A DNA stretch of 64,000 bases from Bacteroidaceae bacterium (lineage in GTDB: Bacteria; Bacteroidota; Bacteroidia; Bacteroidales; Bacteroidaceae): NCBI GenBank assembly GCA_017483765.1, contig JAFUVE010000026.1:87814-151813 (forward strand), given 5' to 3'. The notes under the pieces were generated by a model. The model was not told where the DNA came from. It ran no database searches and saw nothing but the letters and a program-made list of their open reading frames with translations. A program made the translations under genes and the position numbers. Shown here in pieces: positions 52,150 through 61,100 of this stretch (position 1 is its first letter; the number at the start of each line of letters is the position of its first letter).

Positions 52150-53643
52150 ATGGACTCCACACTGAAAAACAAGACAGCCCGCGGACTGCTGTGGGGCATG
52201 ATGAACAATGGCGTGATGCAACTGCTGAACATCGTGTTCGGCATCGTGCTCGCACGCCTCCTGTCCGACGCCGACTACGGACTGGCCGGAGAGCTCGCCA
52301 TCTTCTCCGCCATCGCCTCGGCACTGCAGGAGAGCGGATTCATCTCTGCGCTGACCAACCGCAAGAACGCCACCCACGAGGACTATAACAGCGTCTTCTG
52401 GTTCAACGTGGGATGCAGTGCGATGATGTATGTCATACTCTGGTTCTGCGCACCACTGATTGCCAGCTTTTTCCATGAGCCGGAGCTGTTGTGGCTCTCG
52501 CGATATGCTTTTACCGGATTCTTCCTCGCCAGCTTCTCTATCACCCCACGAGCCATGCTCTTCAAGCAACTCAAGGTGAAGGAGCAGAGCATCATTGGCA
52601 TCACCTCCCTGATCATTTCTGGCACTGTCGGCATTACGATGGCGGTATGCGGAATGACCTACTGGAGTGTGGTCACGCAGAACATCGTGTTCGTGGCCAC
52701 CGTGTCCCTCCTCAGCTGGTACTTCTCGGGATTCCGTCCGTCGATGAGTTTCAGCTTCAAGCCCATACGCGAGATGTTCGGCTTCTCATGCAAACTGCTC
52801 GTCACCAACATCTTCAACTGCATCAACAACAACGTGTTCTCGCTGCTCTTCGGATGGTTCTACACGAAGCATGAGGTAGGGCAGTACACGCAGGCCGACA
52901 AATGGAACAAGATGGGCAGCAACATGATCACCGGGATGGTGCAACAGGTGGCACAGCCCATGTTCGTGCAGGTGGGCGACGACAAGGAACGCCTCGTTCG
53001 TGCTTTCCGCAAGATGCTGCGGTTCACATCACTCATTTCTTTCCCTGCCCTTTTCGGACTCGTGCTCGTGGCGCCTGAGTTCATCACCATCGCGGTGGGG
53101 GAAAAGTGGCTGCCCAGTGCCGAAATCATGCAGCTGCTGTGTGTGGCAGGAGCTTTCATGCCGATTGCGGCACTCTATCAGAACCTGCTCATCAGCCGGG
53201 GAAAGAGTGGGGTGTATATGTGGAACATCCTTTGTCAGGGACTGATCGTCATTGCCATGCTCTGCTGCGTCAAGTATATGGACTGGCAAATCACCATACC
53301 TTTTTTCGGCTTATACATCCGCTTGGCTGGCATTCGCCTGATGGTAGTATGCTATGTGGCTGTCTATCTCCTCTGGATGTTCTTGTGGCATGCCTTTTTG
53401 CAGAAGCAGATTCCGCTCCGCCTCATTACGGCATTGAAGGACATCCTTCCGTTCGCATTGGCGGCGGCGGCATCCATGACTGCTACTTATTTCCTCACAC
53501 GGGGTATCTCCAACATCTACCTCCTGCTTATCGCACGCATACTCATTGCGGCTGTCCTCTATCTCGCTGCCATCTGGATCGCCGGAGCCAAAATCTTGCG
53601 CGAAAGTCTTGAATACATCAAAAGCAAGAATAAAGAAAACTGA
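52150..53643 (+). CDS. wzx: Wzx-type oligosaccharide flippase (MOP superfamily)
   Basis: 497-aa ORF with about 12-14 TM segments. The N-terminal motif is KTARGLLWGMMNNGVMQLLNIVFGIVLARLL. Confidence 0.85.
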   Translation: MDSTLKNKTARGLLWGMMNNGVMQLLNIVFGIVLARLLSDADYGLAGELAIFSAIASALQESGFISALTNRKNATHEDYNSVFWFNVGCSAMMYVILWFCAPLIASFFHEPELLWLSRYAFTGFFLASFSITPRAMLFKQLKVKEQSIIGITSLIISGTVGITMAVCGMTYWSVVTQNIVFVATVSLLSWYFSGFRPSMSFSFKPIREMFGFSCKLLVTNIFNCINNNVFSLLFGWFYTKHEVGQYTQADKWNKMGSNMITGMVQQVAQPMFVQVGDDKERLVRAFRKMLRFTSLISFPALFGLVLVAPEFITIAVGEKWLPSAEIMQLLCVAGAFMPIAALYQNLLISRGKSGVYMWNILCQGLIVIAMLCCVKYMDWQITIPFFGLYIRLAGIRLMVVCYVAVYLLWMFLWHAFLQKQIPLRLITALKDILPFALAAAASMTATYFLTRGISNIYLLLIARILIAAVLYLAAIWIAGAKILRESLEYIKSKNKEN

Positions 53644-53651
53644 AGGCCATT

Positions 53652-54572
53652 ATGATACGCATCGCTTACCTCATATCTGCTTTTGCCGACCCGCAACATC
53701 TGAAACGCCTCATCGCGGCGTTGGATGCTGAGGGCTGTGAGTTTTTCGTCCACGTCGACAAGAAAGTGGACATCAGTCCGTTTGTGCAGTTGTGCTCCGC
53801 TGAAAATGTCCATTTCCTGGACAACCGTGTCAACGTGTATTGGGGAACCTACTCGCAGGTGGAATTCCAGATGCGGATGATCCGTGCAGCACTCGATGCC
53901 AACAGTCCGTTCGACCGCCTTTTCATTCTCAGTGGCCAGGACTATCCGTTGTGGAGCAACAAACGGATTGCTGAATACTTGGAAGCTGCAGGAGAGAACG
54001 AGCTGCTTTCCGGCATCTGCATCGACACTGATGACGTTCAGGAGCCTAAAAAACGGATTTACCGACTCTTCCGGCCGCAGACCGATTTCCGATGGCTTTC
54101 TCCCCGGCTGAACGACTCTCTCTCAATGGGCATTCGCAAGCTCTGCAAATGGTTGGGGGTGAGAAAGAAGCTGAATCTGACCGTCGGAGGGCAGAACTGG
54201 CGGCTATATAAAGGCAGCGACTACCTGTGCCTCTCGCGGCCGCTGGCTGAGTATGTATATGCCACGTGGGCTGGCTATCCAGCTATCAGGCGATATTTCC
54301 AGTCCTCTTTCGCTCCTTCCGAAACATGCATACAGACCATCGTCTTCAACCATCCGGAATTCCGACAGCGGGCTGACCTCCACACCGGCGACTACCAGAC
54401 ACTCAAAGCACTCACCTTCCTCCACCACATCGACTACATACCTGTCATCCGAGTGTGGAAGGAACCGGACTACGACGAACTGATGAAGTCTGGAAAGATG
54501 TTCGCCCGAAAGTTCACCACGGCTGACAGCACAACGCTACTCGAACTCATTGACCTGCAACGACGAGGATGA
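53652..54572 (+). CDS. GT14 (core-2/I-branching type) beta-glycosyltransferase
   Basis: 306-aa ORF with N-terminal IAYLISAFADPQHLKRLIAAL and the motifs FFVHVDKK and FILSGQDYPL. Confidence 0.78.
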   Translation: MIRIAYLISAFADPQHLKRLIAALDAEGCEFFVHVDKKVDISPFVQLCSAENVHFLDNRVNVYWGTYSQVEFQMRMIRAALDANSPFDRLFILSGQDYPLWSNKRIAEYLEAAGENELLSGICIDTDDVQEPKKRIYRLFRPQTDFRWLSPRLNDSLSMGIRKLCKWLGVRKKLNLTVGGQNWRLYKGSDYLCLSRPLAEYVYATWAGYPAIRRYFQSSFAPSETCIQTIVFNHPEFRQRADLHTGDYQTLKALTFLHHIDYIPVIRVWKEPDYDELMKSGKMFARKFTTADSTTLLELIDLQRRG

Positions 54573-54612
54573 TTAACAATAACCAATTACGAATCCATCA
54601 ATCTCCATAGTT

Positions 54613-55431
54613 CTATTTTAATAAGTTCCTCTTCTCGTTGTTTTCCAAAATTTGCATCTGCTGAATTGCAATTTTATTGAGTTTAACAAGTCTTTTACTT
54701 TGGGAAACACCCTCATTAATAAGTACCGCATTGATATTTTCCATATTAGAAAGACATATAAGTTCGTTGATTGTGGCATAGTCACGGATATTTCCTTTTA
54801 AGTCAGGATTAGCCTCTCTCCATTGCTTGGCAGTCATTCCAAACATCGCCACATTCAACACATCAGCTTCCTCTGCATAGATGATGCTTGCTTGAGCAGG
54901 GGTGACTTCTTCGGGAACCAGATGATTTTTGATGGCATCCGTGTGTATATGATAATTAATCTTTGATAGTTCCCTTTTTGCGGTCCATCCAATTAATTCC
55001 TGTTCCTTGGCTTTTAGCCGTTGGAATTCCATGACAAGATAAAGTTCAAACTCTACAGATACCCAGTTCGCAAACTTAAAGGCTATGTCGCGTTGAGCAT
55101 AGGTGCCGCCTCCTGCTCCATTCTTTGTGAATATGCCTATTGCCGCAGTTAATTCAACCCATCTGGTAGGACTCATTGTGAAAGAGTTGCTTCCCGCTTC
55201 GGACAAAAGGGGGTCGAATCCGACCCCATTAAAGGTTGGATTATTCAATTTTTCCCATAGACCCAAAAACTCCAAAGTGTTCTTCTGGCGCATCCAGTTT
55301 TTTACAACGTCCTTAGGTTCTGCAGCATTCTTCTGTCGGGCAATATCTGTGATGCAAATATAATCAATGCCGTCCTTTTTCATAGTCTTTATGACTACGT
55401 CTTTGACGATGATTTCGTTTTTCTTTGCCAT
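54613..55431 (-). CDS. KilA-N domain protein
   Basis: 272-aa ORF with ICITDIARQKN...PKDVVKNWMRQKNTLEFLGLWEKLNNP, typical of Bacteroidales KilA-N proteins. It is AT-rich relative to its flanks. Confidence 0.78.
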   Translation of the reverse strand: MAKKNEIIVKDVVIKTMKKDGIDYICITDIARQKNAAEPKDVVKNWMRQKNTLEFLGLWEKLNNPTFNGVGFDPLLSEAGSNSFTMSPTRWVELTAAIGIFTKNGAGGGTYAQRDIAFKFANWVSVEFELYLVMEFQRLKAKEQELIGWTAKRELSKINYHIHTDAIKNHLVPEEVTPAQASIIYAEEADVLNVAMFGMTAKQWREANPDLKGNIRDYATINELICLSNMENINAVLINEGVSQSKRLVKLNKIAIQQMQILENNEKRNLLK

Positions 55432-55463
55432 AGGGTAGTACTATTTTAAATTGTGTGTACGAA

Positions 55464-55721
55464 TTATTTCCATAAATCATCCAGCTTGACAACTCTTCCT
55501 TTTCCGTTTTTTATATCTTCATCTCCTTGACGAAGAATCTCAACCATGGCGGGCGAGGACATAATATACTCTGTCTCATCCATGGATTGTTTCTTTGATG
55601 CTATGCGTTTCAGTGCCTTGACTGCCTTTTTCATTAAGGTTTCATCTCCTGAGATAATCTGGAGCGCACCAAAGAGTTCTGTGTTCAATTGTGCTTGTGA
55701 TGTTGTCATAACCTGTAACAT
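55464..55721 (-). CDS. small protein with YefM/Phd-antitoxin-like C-terminal half
   Basis: ETEYIMSSPAMVEILRQGDEDIKNGKG resembles E. coli YefM [28 protein letters not shown]. There is no YoeB-like toxin next to it. The start could be the second Met at 55709. Confidence 0.5.
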   Translation of the reverse strand: MLQVMTTSQAQLNTELFGALQIISGDETLMKKAVKALKRIASKKQSMDETEYIMSSPAMVEILRQGDEDIKNGKGRVVKLDDLWK

Positions 55722-55735
55722 TGCATTATCAATCG

Positions 55736-55743
55736 CAAAGTTA
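55736..55743 (-). promoter_or_regulatory. -7 box TAACTTTG for the YefM-like/KilA-N pair
   Basis: Plus-strand CAAAGTTA. Confidence 0.45.
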
Positions 55744-55903
55744 AGAAATAAATATTGAATTTACAAAAAGATAGTAAAAAAATGAATTTGTATTCTTGTG
55801 CTGAGTTGTTTGCCAATTCTGAAGCTGGACTTCTTTTTGTTTTGGTCTGATGTGTTTTTCTACGATAATATTCTCAAAATTTGTGAGAATGGAAAGAATT
55901 TAA

Positions 55904-55911
55904 TAAATTTG
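55904..55911 (+). promoter_or_regulatory. -7 box TAAATTTG for licD
   Basis: Exact TAnnTTTG match just upstream of the ORF. Confidence 0.45.
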
Positions 55912-55924
55912 CATTCGCTTATTG

Positions 55925-56767
55925 ATGATATTGCAACCAGCAATCAATGGAATAATGACTGACTCATCCACCATAGACCAAGACGCCCTGAGGCAGAAAT
56001 TCAACCCCGACGGCTCGCTCCTGCGACGCCAGCAGTTGCGTATGCTCGAGCTGCTCGTTGAAGTGGACCGCATCTGCCGTAAGCATGGCATCCGCTACTG
56101 GCTCAGCAGCGGAACCCTTATCGGGGCGGCACGCCATAAGGGGTTCATCCCGTGGGACGACGACCTTGACATCGAGATGCTCCTGCCCGACTACAAACGA
56201 CTCATGAAGGTGCTGCCGCAAGAACTGCCCGACACGATGGCGCTGCAGTCTGTAGAGACCGATCCGAACTACTTCTTCTTTTACGCCAAAGTGCGCGACC
56301 GCCGCTCGCATCTCGAGGAGAGCAACCGCTACGACCGTGTGTGGAAGGAGCGCGGCATCTATATCGATATCTTCCCCTTCTACAAGCAGCCGCTTTGGGC
56401 GCATATCCTCTCTGAGAAGACGCAGGGGCACGTCTATAAAATCATGAACCGGATGGGCGAAGGCGACAAGGAAATGTGGAAAGTACGTGCCATCACGCGG
56501 TTCAACCGATTCATCGTACACCCCGTCCTCAAACTCTTCTGTAAGCTCAGCCGTGCACGCGAGACCTACGGACTCGGAATTCCCTACCACGACCCGCGAC
56601 ACCTTGAGGACATCTTCCCACTCACGGAGATGGAGTTCGAAGGACATATGTTCCCCGTACCCAAAGACACACATAAGGTGCTCACACTCAAATATGGTGA
56701 CTATATGCAGTTGCCCAATGTGGACCAAATCAACCTACACGTGGGAGAACTCAGCATTGATGAATGA
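55925..56767 (+). CDS. licD: LicD-family phosphotransferase
   Basis: Motif YWLSSGTLIGAARHKGFIPWDDDLDIEM. The first ATG is at 55925 because the track start at 55922 is TTG. The true start may be Met at 55955, given how close the promoter is. Confidence 0.82.
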   Translation: MILQPAINGIMTDSSTIDQDALRQKFNPDGSLLRRQQLRMLELLVEVDRICRKHGIRYWLSSGTLIGAARHKGFIPWDDDLDIEMLLPDYKRLMKVLPQELPDTMALQSVETDPNYFFFYAKVRDRRSHLEESNRYDRVWKERGIYIDIFPFYKQPLWAHILSEKTQGHVYKIMNRMGEGDKEMWKVRAITRFNRFIVHPVLKLFCKLSRARETYGLGIPYHDPRHLEDIFPLTEMEFEGHMFPVPKDTHKVLTLKYGDYMQLPNVDQINLHVGELSIDE

Positions 56768-56788
56768 AAACTAACAAAAAGACAAAAT

Positions 56789-57796
56789 ATGCCTATGCAC
56801 TCACCTGTAGCAATGTTTGTCTATAACCGTGCTGACAACACGCGTCGTACACTTGAAGCCCTCTTGCAAAACAAGCATGCGGCCGAGACCGACGTCTATG
56901 TCTTCTCCGATGGGGGGAAGGACGAGCGGTCGTGGAAGAAAGTGAACCAAGTCAGGGCACTGCTTCATGAGGTGGAGCGCCAAGTGGCCGAGACCCACGC
57001 CTTGAAAAGCCTCACCATCGTGGAGCGCCCTGAGAACATCTACCTCGAACGCAATATCATCGAGGGAATTTCCTATGTGCTCGACCGCCACGACACAGTC
57101 ATCGTCCTCGAGGACGACATCGTCACCTCACCCTATTTCCTCGACTACATGAACCAGGCGTTCTATATCTACAAGGACGACCCCGTCGTCATGCATGTGT
57201 CCGGATTCACCAACCTCGACCTCCTGAATGATGAAGAAGAGGAAATCTCCAATGGGAAAGACGCACAGGACACGCAAGACGTGCAGGACGACGACGAGTT
57301 CTATTTCACGCCGCACATGTCGGGATGGGGATGGGGAACATGGGCGCACAAATGGAAAGCACATTTCAAGCACTATCAAAGCCGCGAAGAGGCATTGGAA
57401 GGCATGACACGCGAGGACTGCAACGCCATGCAGTACGACGGAGTATTCCCATGCCTCAAGTCGCTCGACAAAGACCCCATACCGTGGGACATCTGCTGGG
57501 AAATCGCCATATACAAGGCCCACGGATTATGCATCACGCCTTACCACACCCTGGTCAGGAACATAGGGCTCGACAGCGGCACCCATTTCCGAGGCAGCCG
57601 ATGGCTACAGCATTATGAGTTCGACCGAGAGCCGCTCGACCATCCCATCGTCGTCACCTTCCAGACACCACGGAAAGACGAGAAAAAAGAGGCGCTCTTC
57701 AAGCTCGCCATCCGCGACTGGGGGATCCGATACACATGGCTCGGGCGAATCCTCCGTTTCGCCTACAAGCGCTACCGGAAACTCACCAGAAAGTAG
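56789..57796 (+). CDS. putative GT-A fold glycosyltransferase with an acidic low-complexity insert
   Basis: 335-aa ORF with VAMFVYNRADNTRRTLEAL, VYVFSDGGKD and VLEDDIVTSPYFL (DxD-like). The insert is NDEEEEISNGKDAQDTQDVQDDDE. Confidence 0.6.
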   Translation: MPMHSPVAMFVYNRADNTRRTLEALLQNKHAAETDVYVFSDGGKDERSWKKVNQVRALLHEVERQVAETHALKSLTIVERPENIYLERNIIEGISYVLDRHDTVIVLEDDIVTSPYFLDYMNQAFYIYKDDPVVMHVSGFTNLDLLNDEEEEISNGKDAQDTQDVQDDDEFYFTPHMSGWGWGTWAHKWKAHFKHYQSREEALEGMTREDCNAMQYDGVFPCLKSLDKDPIPWDICWEIAIYKAHGLCITPYHTLVRNIGLDSGTHFRGSRWLQHYEFDREPLDHPIVVTFQTPRKDEKKEALFKLAIRDWGIRYTWLGRILRFAYKRYRKLTRK

Positions 57797-57816
57797 AGAC
57801 GCCCCGCGGGGCGTCT
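57797..57816 (+). terminator. GC hairpin agacgccc-cgcg-gggcgtct inside the conserved 32-bp block (copy 2)
   Basis: Starts 1 nt after the stop. Block 57792-57823 equals 41898-41929 except for one loop base. Confidence 0.5.
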
Positions 57817-57905
57817 TGTAACTCGTCCAAAATTGTGTGTAAAACCATAGATTTGGATAATAATCCCCGACAACTCACCCTGTTGTAATGTGAATAATGT
57901 GGTTT

Positions 57906-57933
57906 TTGACGAATTCATCCACTAATTCGTCAA
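57906..57933. other. 10-bp perfect inverted repeat ttgacgaatt-N8-aattcgtcaa
   Basis: Seen directly. It lies ~105 bp upstream of the BspA -7 box. Confidence 0.4.
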
Positions 57934-58037
57934 AGCTCCGCTTCCTTTTCGTCACTGATTTTGGGTGTTTTGTCATCGGGAGACGGACTTTCATCATTAT
58001 CCATGAAAAACAACTCATCTTTTTGATAGGTTTATGT

Positions 58038-58045
58038 TATATTTG
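58038..58045 (+). promoter_or_regulatory. -7 box TATATTTG for the giant BspA-like gene
   Basis: Exact TAnnTTTG match 81 nt upstream of the ATG at 58126. Confidence 0.5.
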
Positions 58046-58125
58046 CAAGATAAAAGATGGCCTGAAAGAAGCATTCGCCTGTTAGGTCATCTCATGTTAA
58101 GCAGATCACCAAAAACAAACCTATA

Positions 58126-61100
58126 ATGAAAGCATTACTATCTCTCTTTTTAATGCTGCTCACAAACGTCTGGACTGCAAGAGCCCAGGGTGAGACGGCA
58201 TCTGTCGTGTGGTGTGCCGACAACACCACACTCTATTTCACCTACCGTCCTGACCTGCCGTCGGCGGGGGGAACATTCACACCAGCTGACGGAGGCAGCA
58301 CACAGACAGTGACCACCGTATGGAGTGGAACGGCTGTTACATCTTCTCCTAATACGCCAGGATGGTATAACACGGTTAGAAACTCGGTTACCACTGTGGT
58401 GTTTGAACCGTCGTTCAGTCAGGTAAGGCCAACCACTATGCGTGCGTGGTTCTATGCTATGACAAAACTCACGTCCATCAACGGCTTGGAAAATCTCAAC
58501 ACATCCTCTGTGACAAGTATGTATCAGACATTCTACAATTGCCAGGGGCTCACCTCGCTTGACCTCAGCGGGTTTGACACCTCATTGGTAACAGATATGA
58601 GCGGTATGTTTCAGGGGTGTTCCAACTTGGAAAGTGTCAATCTGTCTGGTTGGACAAACACGAAAGTCACCAATATGAGCAGTATGTTTAATGGTTGCTC
58701 AAAACTCTCAAGCGTTGGTCTTACAGGATTTAACACCGCTGCTGTGACAAATATGTCCTATATGTTTGTTAACTGCAAGGCATTACAGACGTTAGACCTC
58801 TCCTCGTTCGACACATCGTCCCTCACCAATGCAAGTTATATGTTCCAGAATTGCATATTGCTGGAAAGTGCTGACCTGTCGGGCTGGACTAACCCTAAAC
58901 TCACCAACCTTGGTTATCTGTTCAGTGGATGTTCCAAACTCAGCAGCGTTGATTTCACAGACTTCAACACAGCAGCCGTTCAGAATATGACGTATATGTT
59001 CTATGGCTGCTCTGCAATGACCACCAACAATCTTTCCTCATTCGACACATCATCCCTTACCACAACAGCCAATATGTTCCAGAATTGCTCGATGCTGGAA
59101 AGTGTGAACCTGTCGGGGTGGATTAATCCTAAACTCACCAGCATGAGCAGTATGTTGTACGGATGCTCCAAACTCAGCAGCGTTGATTTCACAGACTTCA
59201 ACACTGCCGCCGTACAAAATATGTCGTATATGTTCTATGGATGCTCTGCTTTGTCTGCGCTCAACCTCTCCTCATTCGACACGTCTTCGCTCACCACTAC
59301 GGCCAATATGTTTCAAAACTGCACATTGCTGGGAAGTGTGAACCTGTCGGGGTGGGCCAATCCAAGGCTTACTAATATGAGCAATATGTTCAATGGTTGC
59401 AGTATGCTTTCATCGCTGAACCTGACAAATTTCAATACCTCAGCGGTCACAAATATGAGCCGGCTATTCAACGCTTGTTCATCCTTGCAAAGTGTGGATC
59501 TCACTGGTTTCAACACAGCGGCGGTAACCGATTTTTCATATATGTTCTATGGATGCTCTGGCCTGCAGACACTGAATCTCAGTTCGTTCAACACCGTTAA
59601 GGCTACGAATATGTCGTGTATGTTTCAGAACTGCTCTGCCCTAACGAGTCTTGACATATCGGGTTTCAACACAACACTAGTCACCAATATGGGCAGTATG
59701 TTCCAAAATTGCTCCTCGTTGACATTGCTTGACCTCAGTTCCTTCAATACTGCCAAGGTAACTAATATGTCCAGTATGTTCTATGGTTGTTCCTTGCTTG
59801 CGTCAATATACGTGAGCGATGCGTGGACTGCAGCGGCAGCCTCAAGTTCGTCGAATATGTTTAACGGATGCAACTCGCTTATGGGAGAGGATGAAACGAC
59901 TCTTGCCTCCTATAGTCCGCAAAGTCTTGACCGTACACATGCCACGGATGAAGCGGGAGGATACCTGAAGACGGGTACCAGCACAGAACTTCCTGAACCA
60001 ATGCCTTATGCCGTATGGGTGGCCGACAACAGCACACTCTATTTCCTGCAGACCAAACGGCAACTCGTGGCGGGGCGCTCGTTCCAGCCGGAAGGTAGTT
60101 CCACACCGTTGAAGATGACTGCTGTGTGGAGCGGTACGTCGGTCACAGCGTCAGGTTCAAACAATCCACAATGGTACAACACGGTGAGGTCTTTAGTGAC
60201 CAATGTGGTGTTCGAGTCTTCTTTTGCCGATGTAAGCCCAAACAGCACCCGGTGCTGGTTCCGCGACTGTAGCTTGTTGGAAAACATCAGTGGAATTGGC
60301 AACCTCAATACGGATGCTGTCACCAATATGGGCTATATGTTCAGCGGTTGTACTACCCTTCCATCACTGAATTTAGCGGGTCTTAACACCGGGGCTGTCA
60401 CCAACATGGAATATCTGTTCAGTGGCTGTGCCGCATTGCAGAATCTCACTCTCACGGGGATGTCAACTGCTACCGTCACTACGATGCAGTATATGTTCAA
60501 CGGATGTTCTTCGCTGAGCTCGCTCGACCTCAGCGGATTCAACACTGAGAAGGTGCAGAATATGGCTTATATGCTACAGAACTGCTCATCTCTTTCTTCC
60601 GCCAATCTCAGCAGTTTCAACACAGAGAGGACACAGAGCATGGCCTATATGTTCAGTGGATGCTCCAACTTGACTGAGTTGCAGCTTAGCAGTTTCAATA
60701 CCAGCAACGTAAGCAACACAGCATATATGTTCAACGGATGCACAAGGCTCAATGCTGTCTATGTCAGCACAACCTGGACTCTCAGCCGCGTTACATCTGC
60801 CAACAACTACAAGGAGATGTTTACCGGATGTGAGGCCATCATAGGGCAGGATGGAACCACATACGACGCGGCGGCTGTCGATAAGACCAAGGCAAACTAT
60901 GCGGTTGGAGGTTATCTGCGTCACGGAACAGACGCTGAGGGTGATCTCACCACCTATGCACTTTGGTGCGAGGGTAACGCCACGCTCTATTTCCAGCAGT
61001 CCACGAAGAAACTATTGGCTGGAAGCACTTTCTTCCCTGAAGGAAGCGAGAACGGCCAGGTTGTAACCAATTTGTGGACTGCCAATGCCGTCACCAACTA

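Noticed and set aside
57897-58085. A 62-aa plus-strand ORF and a 24-aa minus-strand ORF in the BspA upstream region
   Set aside because: The plus-strand ORF spans the predicted promoter and the inverted repeat, and has no ribosome-binding or start context. The minus-strand ORF is too short and unsupported.
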